A stretch of 64,000 bases of DNA from Poseidonia sp. (GCA_038118245.1 JAYOHN010000003.1:923-64922), one strand, 5' to 3'. Shown: positions 10,011-19,278, numbered from the stretch's first letter. Notes: generated by a model from the sequence alone, not told the origin. A program made the numbers and translations.

Positions 10011-10925
10011 CGCGACATCGCCAGCACAAACCAGGCCGATGTGTTGTTGCGACTCGACCCCTGGGTCCGTTCAGCCCCGTTTGAGGGGCACCCGACCCAT
10101 TCCTATCGCCACCTTCGCATGGTCCACTTGCCCGACGGCTTGTTGTTTGAGGACCATTTGGACCGGAGGTGGTTCGCTCACTGCGGAGAGACGGTTGAAG
10201 AGGTCATTTTCCCGTCGCGCCACGTTGCGGCCAGCGGCAAAGCCTCGCTGACCCTTCACCCCATCGGTACGCCGCACCTTGAAAGCGGTGAAATTGGGCG
10301 CTTTGGAGGTCACGGTGGACGGGCACCTCCGCCGTCCACAAGGCTGGCTGGATGGTGGAAATTGTTGCGTCAGCGAGCAGCATTGTCCACCGAAGTCGAC
10401 GGATTTGACCTCTCGCTTGAAGTCACACACCACGGGCCTCATCTCGAAGTTCCTTGCCTTTTCATCGAGGTCGGTTCAACCGAGGCGACCTGGGGGCATC
10501 AAGGCGCAGCAGACCTCCTTGCACACATCATTCGTGACTCGTTGCTTTCCGACGAGGACACAACGTTGTGGTCACCGGTCAGGAACAAAGGTGAAACGGT
10601 GATCGTAACGCTGGGCGGGGGACATTACGCCCCTCGGGCCAACCTCCTTGCGTCGCTGGAAGGCGTTTGGCTCGGGCACATGCTCGCCACCTATGCGCTG
10701 CCGTTTGAACAGGCGGAGGGCGAGGTCGCAGGGACATGGAGGCAGGCCATCGACGCAGCCCTTGACTCGACCCGTCGGAGTTTCCCGAACGGAGACATCG
10801 TGTGCTCCATGGACAAGAAGGCCTTCAGGGGCTGGCAGCGACAAGCGATTCGGGACCATCTTGAATCGATCAATGTGCCCCTTTTGACGAGCAAAGGTGT
10901 TGTGGAGCGAGCAGGCAAGCGATGA
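9972..10925 (+). CDS. dtdA: D-aminoacyl-tRNA deacylase, archaeal DTD2 type
   Basis: Matches remembered Pyrococcus DTD2 blocks: SRHVAASGKASLTLHPIG (SRH...H..GN region), EVTHHGPHLEVPCLFIEVGSTEATW (EATHHGP...FIEIGS...W) and GGGHYAPRAN...LGHMLATYA. Confidence 0.85.
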   Translation: MADGGVVLIAVNQRDIASTNQADVLLRLDPWVRSAPFEGHPTHSYRHLRMVHLPDGLLFEDHLDRRWFAHCGETVEEVIFPSRHVAASGKASLTLHPIGTPHLESGEIGRFGGHGGRAPPPSTRLAGWWKLLRQRAALSTEVDGFDLSLEVTHHGPHLEVPCLFIEVGSTEATWGHQGAADLLAHIIRDSLLSDEDTTLWSPVRNKGETVIVTLGGGHYAPRANLLASLEGVWLGHMLATYALPFEQAEGEVAGTWRQAIDAALDSTRRSFPNGDIVCSMDKKAFRGWQRQAIRDHLESINVPLLTSKGVVERAGKR

Positions 10926-10970
10926 TGCATCACACAAAGGGTCAAAGAGCGGCTTGGTGGAGTGCCCTGC

Positions 10971-11948
10971 ATGGTGGGGTGGTTCTCACGGCTTGTTGTC
11001 GCCACCACCGTCCGCATGCCGAAGTGGTTCGTGCGCTGGGTGAGTCGCCGTTATGTTGCAGGGGCATCCCTTGATGAAGCGGTTCAAGTCATGCAACGCC
11101 TCGCAACCGAAGGCGCCTGCTTTACGGTTGACGTCCTCGGCGAGGAGATTTCCAACCTCGAGGAGGCTTCCTTTTTCCTTCAAGAGTACCTTCGGGTGAT
11201 GGACGCCATTCGCGAACATGAACTCGATGCCAACTTGAGCATCAAACCCACAGCGTTCGGTTTGTTGATCGATGAGGAAGCCGGCTTGGAGAACATCCGT
11301 ACGCTTGTCACAAGGGCTGCGCAACACAACATGTTCGTGCGTTTGGACATGGAGGACCATCGCGTGACATCAGAGACCATTGACGTGGTCCTTACGCTTC
11401 ACAGCGAAGGGCTCACCAACGTTGGGACCGTGCTCCAAGGTCGATTGCATCGGACCCTTGCGGACATCAAGCACCTCGAAACCGAATTGGGTGGAGCAGC
11501 GGATTACCGCATTTGCAAGGGGATATATCTCGAACCAGAAAACATCGCTTACACCGGATACGATGACATCGTCAGGGCCACCAACGAAGCGGTTTCAGCC
11601 ATGCTTCATGCGGGTGCATACGTGGGAATCGCATCGCACGACAAACCGGTGATTGAACACGCTTTGGGGACGCTGGGCGAACTCGGCATGGGTCCGGGCA
11701 TGAACGACCCACGTCCAAACGCAGGGCCGGCTCGCCCACAGAAAGGACCTGGGTACGAATTCCAAATGCTCCTTGGCGTGCGGGGCCCCATGCGACGCAA
11801 ACTTCTGAGCCAGGGTCATCCGACCCGAGTATACATCCCCTACGGAGAAAAGTGGTATGAATACAGCATCCGTCGTCTCAAAGAAAACCCAACCATCGGC
11901 ACCCAAGTCGCGAAAGCCTTCTTGATGCCTTGGACCAACCGGCCGTGA
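10971..11948 (+). CDS. proline dehydrogenase (monofunctional PRODH family)
   Basis: VSRRYVAGASLDEAV...FTVDVLGEE, VRLDMEDH, ICKGIY and the C-terminal VYIPYGEKWYEYSIRRLKENP are PRODH-family blocks. The start is ambiguous between GTG 10962, ATG 10971 and ATG 11016. Confidence 0.8.
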   Translation: MVGWFSRLVVATTVRMPKWFVRWVSRRYVAGASLDEAVQVMQRLATEGACFTVDVLGEEISNLEEASFFLQEYLRVMDAIREHELDANLSIKPTAFGLLIDEEAGLENIRTLVTRAAQHNMFVRLDMEDHRVTSETIDVVLTLHSEGLTNVGTVLQGRLHRTLADIKHLETELGGAADYRICKGIYLEPENIAYTGYDDIVRATNEAVSAMLHAGAYVGIASHDKPVIEHALGTLGELGMGPGMNDPRPNAGPARPQKGPGYEFQMLLGVRGPMRRKLLSQGHPTRVYIPYGEKWYEYSIRRLKENPTIGTQVAKAFLMPWTNRP

Positions 11949-11949
11949 C

Positions 11950-12852
11950 TCAACGGCGTTTCTTTTTGTTCCGCTTGGGTTTGCTGTTTGGGTTGACCCC
12001 TTTTTTCACATGCTCTTTGGGTCGTTCTGGGTTTGGGTTGTAGCCCAATTTCCCTTCCTTCCACGCTTGGCGACGTTCCCGCGGTGTTCTCGGTGCGAAG
12101 TGCTCTCCTTTGGGAGGCTCATGAAGGTACATTCGCTTGATGTCGGGTGCTTGGACCGTTCCTCGAAGCGTTCTGCCTGCACCGGTGTGAATGGCCCGAA
12201 TCCGCCAAGTTTCATCTTCAAACTCCATGAGGTGAGATGCGGTAAAAGTGGTTTCTTGCGGGACGACGGTGACGGCGGATTTGGATTCCTCGCCCCTCGT
12301 TAGGGTCATTTTCACACGGACCATGTCGGTCCGAAGTGCTGTGATTCTTACAATATCTGTGGCCAATGCACTTTTGCCTTGTTGTCCGTTTGACAATTCA
12401 ATTTGGTGAACACCCCACAATTTCTCGTCTTCTTCAAAGACATCGCCGACCACGAATTCCTCATCGGCATCCACGACCAAGACAACGCGTTCGGAACTTG
12501 GCCCGTCCGAGAGGATGAACGGAAGGTGGGTGGCGGGCGGTGGGCGAAATTGCACCGTGTGGACGTGGCGACACGCTTCGCAACGAACCATGAAATCTGC
12601 ACCGTCGCCAACTTTCTTTTCCTTGAGGATCTCATGGCCGGTCATGTCGTCGCAGGTCGGACAATGGGTTGCATTGTCCATCACCTCCTCCTCTTCATCC
12701 CAGGCCTCCTCATCGACCATAGCAACGCCCTCATCGCCAACCCACCGCCCGTTTGGTTTCAAACCTCCGATGCCGGTGCGGAGCAAGGCTTCTTGTTTGT
12801 CCGCTCCAAGGCGTGGGTATGGACGAGGATGCATCGCTTCCAGATCGCCCAT
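11950..12852 (-). CDS. zinc-ribbon protein with a lysine/arginine-rich C-terminal tail
   Basis: It contains CPTCDDMTGHEILKEK...VRCEACRHVHTV (a CxxC...CxxC ribbon), a following beta-rich region and the tail KPKRNKKKRR. It is reminiscent of small conserved archaeal zinc-finger proteins. Family assignment is not verified. Confidence 0.6.
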   Translation of the reverse strand: MGDLEAMHPRPYPRLGADKQEALLRTGIGGLKPNGRWVGDEGVAMVDEEAWDEEEEVMDNATHCPTCDDMTGHEILKEKKVGDGADFMVRCEACRHVHTVQFRPPPATHLPFILSDGPSSERVVLVVDADEEFVVGDVFEEDEKLWGVHQIELSNGQQGKSALATDIVRITALRTDMVRVKMTLTRGEESKSAVTVVPQETTFTASHLMEFEDETWRIRAIHTGAGRTLRGTVQAPDIKRMYLHEPPKGEHFAPRTPRERRQAWKEGKLGYNPNPERPKEHVKKGVNPNSKPKRNKKKRR

Positions 12853-13559
12853 CCATTCTCGCTCAATTGCTCGCCAAAGACGGTGACCAACCCCGAAACG
12901 AACCCAAAATAGCGGCCAACATCAACGAGCAGTTGCAGCACATGGGGCTTTCAACATGGTCGATTTCACTGCTACGGCGCCTCCGAGATGCGATCGCCCG
13001 ACAACAACCAAAGCGCATGTTGGAGGTTGGTGCTGGTATAGGCCACCGTTCGGCATGGCTCCTCGACCTTTTTGAACGGAAGGTGAACGCGTTTGAGGCT
13101 TTCACGTTGGTTGAACAAGGTGGAAAATTTGGTGTCATTCTTCACCGTTTGTTGACGCGATACGACGCCCTCGGATGGGCCTCCATCGTGGTCGGTGAGC
13201 CGATTCAACTGGCTGCAGAACATCATGCATGGTCGCTCGCCTCAACCACGGCGGCTGAGCTTTCGGACACGCCGTTCCAGTCGAGTTACGACGCCATCGT
13301 GGTTGATGGCCCTTCCCCCCAGCGAGCGGCTTTGGTGAAGACCTACCTGCCGATGCTGAGCGAAAACGGTGTTCTCTACACGGTTGAACCCGACATGCCC
13401 ACGGGAGATGTGGACGAGGCGGATGAAGACGCGATGGCTTTGGTTCACGGGTTCAATGCTTGGATTGAATTGATATCATCGTGCCAAGCCACTCACCACG
13501 TGGCCTTCATGCCGCTGTTCGGCGGGACCCTCGTTGCTTGGCTTCCCCGTCAAGATTGA
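12819..13559 (+). CDS. class I SAM-dependent methyltransferase (O-methyltransferase-like)
   Basis: SAM-binding motif I MLEVGAGIGHRS and post-I/II-like YDAIVVDG. The start was trimmed to ATG 12819 (MDEDASL) because the upstream extension overlaps the opposite-strand gene. Confidence 0.65.
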   Translation: MDEDASLPDRPSILAQLLAKDGDQPRNEPKIAANINEQLQHMGLSTWSISLLRRLRDAIARQQPKRMLEVGAGIGHRSAWLLDLFERKVNAFEAFTLVEQGGKFGVILHRLLTRYDALGWASIVVGEPIQLAAEHHAWSLASTTAAELSDTPFQSSYDAIVVDGPSPQRAALVKTYLPMLSENGVLYTVEPDMPTGDVDEADEDAMALVHGFNAWIELISSCQATHHVAFMPLFGGTLVAWLPRQD

Positions 13560-14734
13560 GCTGCATCGAGCAGTCCACCGATGTTGAGCAAACCGTAGCC
13601 GTACTGGTCGTCGTGTCCGGTTTGTCCCTCTCGTGGCGTCACGCTTTCCATCAGCCACCGCTTCACGGCATCCACGTTGTCTGCACTGCCCGATGCGTCG
13701 GTCGAGATGAGGTCCGGTTTGCTTTCCAAGAGGAGACAAATCGCACCGGTAACGTACACCGTTGCTGCGCTCGTACCGTCTGCAAGACCCCAGGAACCGT
13801 CCGTCAGCAACACCGGAACGGCTTCTGCAGGGGCCACCACTTCGGGTTTGCGATCTGGGTCGCCTCGTGGGAGCAAGACCGGGAGTGGGAAAAGGCGCCC
13901 GTTGTTGTCGCCTTGGGATGAACCCGACCAGTGCGTTCCTTGCACGGTGACACCTCCTACGGCGATGACTCCGGACTCGCTGGCAGGGTGGGCCACGTCC
14001 CCATCATCTTCCTCTCCCCCGTCGTTTCCGGCCGCTGCAACCACGTAAACGCCGGCGTCGATGGCATCGCTTGCAGCGTCACCGGAAGTTCGGTCTGAAC
14101 CGATGGTAAAGGGAAGAATGCCGGGTGCACCGCCAAGGGAAAGCGACACGACGTGGGCACCCGATTCAACACACCAATCAATGGCTTGGGCCACGACGCT
14201 ATCGTCCCCACTCCCCTCGCCACTCAACGCCTTGGCGACCAACAGTTCAACGCCGTTGGCGATGCCTTTGAGCCAGCCGTTGGCGACAAGAATGCCGGCC
14301 ATGGACGTCCCATGGCCGTGATCGTCGTAGGGTGTTTCTCTTCCTTTGACAAAGTCCTTCCATCCGCCGAGTCGAACATCAGCAAGGTCGCTGTGGGAGA
14401 CATCAATCCCCGAGTCAACAATGCACACCACAACACCGCTTCCGTCCAAACCTTCGCTCGGGTGGTTGACAAGAGCGTTGTATGATTCATGGCGCTCAAG
14501 CGCCAGTTCACTTGGTCGCAACAGCACAGCGCCATCGCTGATGACCACGGCGGCAAGGTATCCTGCCGCCAGGACAAGGGTCAAGCCGAGGGTCACCGAA
14601 ACGACCGCTTTGATGGCACGGATGTCGGACGGTTCTTTTTGAGCCGTTTCGGACGGAAAGGCAGCGTTGCCCGGGTCCCAACTTGGTATCTCTAAACCGG
14701 TTTCACCGTTGCCGATTTGAGGTGATTTGTCCAT
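13550..14734 (-). CDS. membrane-anchored subtilisin-like serine protease (peptidase S8)
   Basis: Asp-His-Ser triad contexts are present: VVVCIVDSGID, HGHGTSMAGI and GTSAATVYVTG. There is an N-terminal TM segment (AVVSVTLGLTLVLAAGYLAAVVI). The start was trimmed to ATG 14734 (MDKSPQ) to avoid overlap with the upstream gene's stop. Confidence 0.85.
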   Translation of the reverse strand: MDKSPQIGNGETGLEIPSWDPGNAAFPSETAQKEPSDIRAIKAVVSVTLGLTLVLAAGYLAAVVISDGAVLLRPSELALERHESYNALVNHPSEGLDGSGVVVCIVDSGIDVSHSDLADVRLGGWKDFVKGRETPYDDHGHGTSMAGILVANGWLKGIANGVELLVAKALSGEGSGDDSVVAQAIDWCVESGAHVVSLSLGGAPGILPFTIGSDRTSGDAASDAIDAGVYVVAAAGNDGGEEDDGDVAHPASESGVIAVGGVTVQGTHWSGSSQGDNNGRLFPLPVLLPRGDPDRKPEVVAPAEAVPVLLTDGSWGLADGTSAATVYVTGAICLLLESKPDLISTDASGSADNVDAVKRWLMESVTPREGQTGHDDQYGYGLLNIGGLLDAAQS

Positions 14735-14738
14735 TCCA

Positions 14739-15953
14739 TCACCCGAGCGTGTGCACAATTTCGGTCAACGTATCAACAAAGAGGCGAACCTCTTCTTCGG
14801 TGTTGTACAAATACGCCGATGCACGAAGAGAGCCTTCAGGTTTGTTTCGGTCTGCAAACCACGAATGGACGCAATGTTGCCCGCTCCTTACCATGACCCC
14901 AGCCACCTCGTCAAGCAGCAACGCCACTTCATGGACAGGAAGGTGTTCAAGCAACATTGAGCAGATGCCTCCCCGTTTTGACGGGTCCTCAGGGCCAATG
15001 ATGTTCATCCCCGGCAAATCCTTCACGCCATCGGTCATGATTCGATTGAGCCGAACCTCATGCGCGTGGACTTCGGCCATGTCCAGTTGTGCGAGGTAGT
15101 CGATGGCGGCTCCCGTGGCCATCATGCCGGAAAAGTTGCCGAGCCCTCCCTCAAACCTCGATGGTGGCGGCGCCCATGATGGTTCATCGTAGGTGGCATG
15201 TGTCACGGTTTGTCCTCCTGACTGGATGGTTCGAAGGCCGTCGAGAAGGTCGTATCTCCCCCATAATCCTCCCATTCCAGAGGGGCCGCACATCTTGTGA
15301 ATCGAGAACGAGAGAAAATCGATGTCAAGCGCTTGCACATCGACGTTCATGTGCGGGGTTGATTGTGCACCGTCGACCGCAACCAAAGCACCGTGGTCGT
15401 GGGCAATTTTGGTCACTTCAGCAATGGGGATTTCAACACCGTCCAGGTTGCCAACGTGGCTCATGGCGACCATCTTCAACCGGTTTCCTGCTTCATCGCA
15501 GGCCCGTTCAAAGGCCTCAAGGTCAAACGAATTATCGGCATGGCTCTTCACCACACGGTGGTCAACGCCTTGTTCGCGTTCAAGTTGGAGCCACGGGACG
15601 AGGTTTGAGTTGTGCTCTCGGTCGGAGGTGAGGACAACATCCCCGTGCTCCCAAGCAAGACCGTGTGCGATTTGGTTGATGGAGTGCGTGGCGTTCCTTG
15701 TAAAGACGATTTCGTCAACGGAGGCGGCGTTGATGAAGGCCCCCAATTTCGTCCTAGCATCGTTCACCGCCTTTGAAACGGCGGTGCCGTATCGGTGGAC
15801 GGAGCGGCCACCGCACCCCGGTGTTTGTGTGTAATAGCGGTTGATGGCGTCCACCACCGTTTGCGGCTTGAGCGTCACACAGGCGTTGTCAAGGTAAGCC
15901 GGGGCAGCTTCGCTCTGTAAAGTAGGAAAATCATCACGACATCGTTCCAACAT
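14739..15953 (-). CDS. sufS: cysteine desulfurase (class V aminotransferase, SufS/CsdA-like)
   Basis: YLDNACVTLKP, the PLP-lysine context FLSFSIHKMCGPSG, and the catalytic Cys context VRSGQHCVH. Confidence 0.85.
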   Translation of the reverse strand: MLERCRDDFPTLQSEAAPAYLDNACVTLKPQTVVDAINRYYTQTPGCGGRSVHRYGTAVSKAVNDARTKLGAFINAASVDEIVFTRNATHSINQIAHGLAWEHGDVVLTSDREHNSNLVPWLQLEREQGVDHRVVKSHADNSFDLEAFERACDEAGNRLKMVAMSHVGNLDGVEIPIAEVTKIAHDHGALVAVDGAQSTPHMNVDVQALDIDFLSFSIHKMCGPSGMGGLWGRYDLLDGLRTIQSGGQTVTHATYDEPSWAPPPSRFEGGLGNFSGMMATGAAIDYLAQLDMAEVHAHEVRLNRIMTDGVKDLPGMNIIGPEDPSKRGGICSMLLEHLPVHEVALLLDEVAGVMVRSGQHCVHSWFADRNKPEGSLRASAYLYNTEEEVRLFVDTLTEIVHTLG

Positions 15954-15954
15954 C

Positions 15955-17085
15955 TCACCAAGCCTCCTGATCAGGAAGGAAATTGATGGCCGGTGCGTTC
16001 ACGCCACAGGATGGGCAATCGAGTCGACTCGGCATGTTCGTGTTGCACGCCGTGCACGTCGTTCCAACAGCGACGACCGCTGAACAGGCTGCCCCTACAC
16101 ATGGGTGTGTTAGTGTGCCCGATGCATCTCGTGTCAGCTTTGAGGTTGCGCCGCAATCGGGGCAGGCTGCTTTTGCGCTGGAGGTGACGCTCTCTTCGTT
16201 CATCTCCAAGGCGGCATCAACGGCGGCTCGGGTGCGGACCTGGGCTTGATTGCCCAACATTCGCTGAGGGTACCACAAAACGACCATCAGAACAGGAACG
16301 GCTGGAACACCTGTCATCAGGTGCAGGACGAGGAATCCGTAATTCGTTTGCCCGTACTCGGCAATGTGATGAATTCCCGCCCATGCCGACACCGTCATGA
16401 GCACCACCCATCCTGCAAACAAACCGGTCCAACCTCGAAGGGAGTGTTCGGCCAATTCGGCCTCCATCACTCGCACGTCTTCGTGGAGGTGATGGACCTC
16501 CACGTGCAAATCTCTCGTTTCAACCACGGCTTTCCAGAAAAAGAACAGGAAAAAGAAAACGATGAGAAGGATGAGCGTCCCTTCCATCATGTCGGACAGG
16601 TTGAGTCCAGACGGGAAGGTTGGGTTGTTTCGGTGGAAGAAGATTTGCGACCCGATCATGGCGTTCCACATGACCAGCAACGAGATGGCGTGAACCCTCA
16701 TGACGGGGAACAACGTCCACGCTTGGTAGGCGAACCAAGCCCAGCATAACAAGGATACGAGGACCTGAAAGAATTGGAAACCGTTGATGGCGAGGACACC
16801 ATCGATGCCGCTCATGGTGGCGTCACCTCCGTTCCAAAGTTCGGTTGAAATTGAGCCAAGGCAGAAGGCGAGAAGACCAAAAGCAAGCGCCGAGTAATGC
16901 TCCCGCGTCCATTCCTTGCGCAGGAGGCGGAAATGAAACAACCACTCTCGTCGCAAACCGTTGAGTTGTTCAGCCATTGGAAGGTTTGATGGAAACGGAC
17001 GGTTGAGGTCCATGTCCGCAAGGCGAAACGGGAGGTCTTTGTGCGAGGCAGCGATGCCTTTGGCCTCGAGCCCCTCTTCGCTCAT
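15955..17085 (-). CDS. polytopic membrane protein with a C-terminal double zinc ribbon
   Basis: About 7 hydrophobic segments, then CPDCGATS...C...C and CTACNTNMPSRLDCPSC at the C-terminus. It ends 1 nt from the sufS start. Function unknown. Confidence 0.6.
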   Translation of the reverse strand: MSEEGLEAKGIAASHKDLPFRLADMDLNRPFPSNLPMAEQLNGLRREWLFHFRLLRKEWTREHYSALAFGLLAFCLGSISTELWNGGDATMSGIDGVLAINGFQFFQVLVSLLCWAWFAYQAWTLFPVMRVHAISLLVMWNAMIGSQIFFHRNNPTFPSGLNLSDMMEGTLILLIVFFFLFFFWKAVVETRDLHVEVHHLHEDVRVMEAELAEHSLRGWTGLFAGWVVLMTVSAWAGIHHIAEYGQTNYGFLVLHLMTGVPAVPVLMVVLWYPQRMLGNQAQVRTRAAVDAALEMNEESVTSSAKAACPDCGATSKLTRDASGTLTHPCVGAACSAVVAVGTTCTACNTNMPSRLDCPSCGVNAPAINFLPDQEAW

Positions 17086-17156
17086 GTCTCACGCTTGCAG
17101 TCGCCCCTTTGAGTCCTTTCGCTTCTTCGCTTTCGTTCTTGGCGAACAAGCGTGAT

Positions 17157-17164
17157 GGTTAAAC
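17157..17164 (+). promoter_or_regulatory. candidate TATA-like box for tRNA-Ser
   Basis: GGTTAAAC is centred about 29 nt upstream of tRNA position 1, the usual archaeal TATA distance. The match is weak. Confidence 0.25.
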
Positions 17165-17189
17165 GAGGGACAGGGGTCGCTTGGGCAGA

Positions 17190-17276
17190 GCCGAGATCGC
17201 ATAGCCTGGTAGTGCGCGCGACTGGAAATCGCGTGGGCCCGTTCCCTCGGGAGTTCAAATCTCTCTCTCGGCGCCA
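17190..17276 (+). tRNA. tRNA-Ser (anticodon GGA), class II, CCA encoded
   Basis: Hand-folded. Acceptor GCCGAGA/TCTCGGC. D stem GCAT/GTGC. Anticodon stem CGCGA/TCGCG with loop CTGGAAA. Long variable arm TGGGCCCGTTCCCTC. T arm GGGAG-TTCAAAT-CTCTC. Discriminator G, then CCA. Confidence 0.85.
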
Positions 17277-17357
17277 ACAAGCAGGCCACGTCAAACCGAG
17301 AGGAGGTTGAACAACCGACAGGAACCCTGTTCCGGAGTTCAAATCTCTTTTGGCGCC
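17271..17357 (+). pseudogene. degenerate tRNA-like unit 2 (class-II-like, no D or anticodon arm)
   Basis: 87 nt. Perfect 7-bp terminal helix GCGCCAA/TTGGCGC, and its 5' strand overlaps the G73-CCA end of tRNA-Ser. T arm CGGAG-TTCAAAT-CTCTT. Variable-arm-like hairpin ACAGG-AAC-CCTGT. The remaining 40 nt do not fold into D or anticodon arms; there is only a GGTTG-AA-CAACC mini-palindrome. Confidence 0.4.
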
Positions 17358-17437
17358 AACAGGCAGATGACCTCTTGACCAAAAGAGACTGAACCGCGAA
17401 CGGTCGAAGTTTCGGGATTCAAACCTCTCTTGGTGCC
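17353..17437 (+). pseudogene. degenerate tRNA-like unit 3
   Basis: 85 nt. Terminal helix GCGCCAA/TTGGTGC (one G-U). Weakened T arm CGGGA-TTCAAAC-CTCTC. Hairpins CTCTT-GACCAA-AAGAG and ACCG-CGAA-CGGT. No canonical cloverleaf. Confidence 0.35.
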
Positions 17438-17458
17438 CAACCCAACAAGACTGGAATC

Positions 17459-19039
17459 GTGAACCGGAACCTCCATGACAGGAGGGGGCGACCACGGGGT
17501 GTGCTTGAGGTCAAGAAATGGGGGGCCCGGCGATGGGCAGTTTTGCTCCTTCTGGGACTCCTTCTGCACCTTGGAGCCATGGCAAACAGTGACTTGGGCT
17601 TGGATGCGCACGTGCGTTTGAATGCGGCGAACGGTGAATCTTCTACAGAGCAAGAACTTGCTTGGGGCTCGCTTCGGGTGTCGCCGAATACGTTGCAGAC
17701 GCCTGATTCGCCCGCTTTTTACGACGGCTACATTCCCCCTTCGTCAACCTCCGAGGCGGCCATGAAATGGACATCTCTGTTGGCTTTGGTCGCCGTGGCT
17801 GGGCTTGCAACCATCGTTCCGAAATGGCAGGATGGGCAGAAAAGGTTCGATTTCCTCTGGCCTGCCTTGATTTTGCTCAGTCCGGCTTTTCTCTTTGCCA
17901 CTGGACGAGGATACGATGAGCCCATCGTGGCCTTGCTCATTGGGCTGGGCACCGGAGGGTTCTACCTCAACAAAGGCGACGAGCCTCATCAACTCAGGTT
18001 CCATTTGCTTCTCTTGGCGACCAGTCTCCTTCTCGTGATGGGCTGGAAGGGTTTCAGCACGTTCAGTTCGTTAGGGATTTGGGCGTTGGTGTTGATGTTA
18101 GGTGCGGTTTGGATTGAATTGGAGCGTCGTCAACGAACGGAGGCTTTGGGCGCTTGGCTTTCCCATCCGTGGAAGATGGGAGGTGCCGTTGCGCTTCTCA
18201 CGTACGTTGGGGTGTTTGTGCTCAGCCTCAGATTTGGAACCGGTACGTTTTCTGTCGTGCTTGACGAGCCGGGAACGTTTTTGTTGGCTTCCTTCTTTGC
18301 TCTCTTGGACACCGCTGGAATTTACCTCTTGATCGGAATGATGTTTTGGCCGTTCATTTCAGCCTCGTGGAGCCGCTACCTTCGTCTCCGTGGCCCGGGC
18401 ATCACCCTCCTTGTCATGTTCATCTCCGGTTTGCTGACGGCGCTGATCGCGTACATCGCAGCGTTGTGGTCTCTTGAATCCAAATTGTGGGGCATGTCCC
18501 TTTTTGAAACGATGTTCATGCTGGGCAACAACGGTCGTTATGCTACATGCTTGGTTCTTCCTTTGGTCTTGCTGATCAATTGGGAGCGGCCTACATCCGA
18601 AGGCGAGCCGTTTCCCCAAACCTCGTTTTTGCTTGCTTTTTGCATTCTTCTCCCTGCGATTATCTTCACGGCCTTCGTCGGCCAACAACTCTGGTCGGTG
18701 GACGCAGCGGAATCCCTTCAAGAAGCCATGGTCGGCGATGAATCCAGCCTCCTTTTGGTGGGGCCCGAAGCCCTGTCGATGCATCATCTCTACGTTGTCA
18801 AGACCCACGTTGACCTTGACGGTGCTTTGAACCTAAACGGCCACTGGCGGGCGCCAGGAGATGCAGAAATCTTCCTTGATGAAGTGGAGGTGAAGCCGGA
18901 TTTTGTTCTGGTAGCGCCGAACACGAACATGTCGCTTGATGAGCGAGAATGGACCTTGGTGGCTGAAGAACCCGCTCCTCGGACCGTGACGGGTTGGTCG
19001 GACAAAGATGTCTGGCAAATCTACCGGCACCTTGGTTGA
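17459..19039 (+). CDS. polytopic membrane protein with a C-terminal soluble domain (possibly a GT-C-type glycosyltransferase; unverified)
   Basis: 526-aa ORF with at least 10 hydrophobic segments, followed by a roughly 110-aa soluble tail. The architecture resembles PMT/ArnT-like enzymes, but I cannot point to a diagnostic motif. The start is uncertain (GTG 17459 versus downstream ATGs). Confidence 0.6.
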   Translation: MNRNLHDRRGRPRGVLEVKKWGARRWAVLLLLGLLLHLGAMANSDLGLDAHVRLNAANGESSTEQELAWGSLRVSPNTLQTPDSPAFYDGYIPPSSTSEAAMKWTSLLALVAVAGLATIVPKWQDGQKRFDFLWPALILLSPAFLFATGRGYDEPIVALLIGLGTGGFYLNKGDEPHQLRFHLLLLATSLLLVMGWKGFSTFSSLGIWALVLMLGAVWIELERRQRTEALGAWLSHPWKMGGAVALLTYVGVFVLSLRFGTGTFSVVLDEPGTFLLASFFALLDTAGIYLLIGMMFWPFISASWSRYLRLRGPGITLLVMFISGLLTALIAYIAALWSLESKLWGMSLFETMFMLGNNGRYATCLVLPLVLLINWERPTSEGEPFPQTSFLLAFCILLPAIIFTAFVGQQLWSVDAAESLQEAMVGDESSLLLVGPEALSMHHLYVVKTHVDLDGALNLNGHWRAPGDAEIFLDEVEVKPDFVLVAPNTNMSLDEREWTLVAEEPAPRTVTGWSDKDVWQIYRHLG

Positions 19040-19058
19040 ACGGCTCCTTCACGAAGCG

Positions 19059-19065
19059 ATTATAT
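19059..19065 (+). promoter_or_regulatory. candidate TATA box for tRNA-Thr
   Basis: ATTATAT is centred about 29 nt upstream of tRNA position 1, in the 51-nt spacer after the upstream CDS. Confidence 0.35.
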
Positions 19066-19090
19066 CCGCTTGGTGGGTCGCCCAACCACT

Positions 19091-19165
19091 GCCACCGTGG
19101 CTTAGGGGTATAGCACCTCATTGGTAATGAGGAGGTCGCGAGTTCAAATCTCGCCGGTGGCTCCA
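19091..19165 (+). tRNA. tRNA-Thr (anticodon GGU), CCA encoded
   Basis: Hand-folded. Acceptor GCCACCG/CGGTGGC. D arm GCTT-AGGGGTA-TAGC. Anticodon stem CCTCA/TGAGG with loop TTGGTAA. Variable loop AGGTC. T arm GCGAG-TTCAAAT-CTCGC. Discriminator U, then CCA. Confidence 0.9.
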
Positions 19166-19278
19166 TCCCCGAAGCGTTCATTCCGTGTGGGAAAACTGAA
19201 CATTGTGCTCCTTCCAACCTCAATGTATAAGAGGTGACTTGCGTGATTTTTCGTTGAGAAGGCAACTTCTCAGATGGG

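Noticed and set aside
17271-17437. Units 2 and 3 considered as functional tRNAs (Ser/Leu isoacceptors, split or intron-containing)
   Set aside because: I could not fold a D arm or a 5-bp/7-nt anticodon arm in either unit. The length leaves no room for an intron, and the acceptor complementarity is partly a trivial consequence of the TTGGCGCCAA palindrome. They are kept as pseudo-tRNA-like repeats pending covariance-model scoring.
17082-17653. Minus-strand ORFs of 137, 97 and 104 aa covering the tRNA-Ser region
   Set aside because: They overlap a well-folding tRNA and the tRNA-like repeats, and their composition is not protein-like.
17086-19278. Integrated mobile element at the tRNA-Ser or tRNA-Thr genes
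   Set aside because: No integrase, transposase or phage-like gene lies near either tRNA. The only gene between them is a chromosomal-looking membrane protein.
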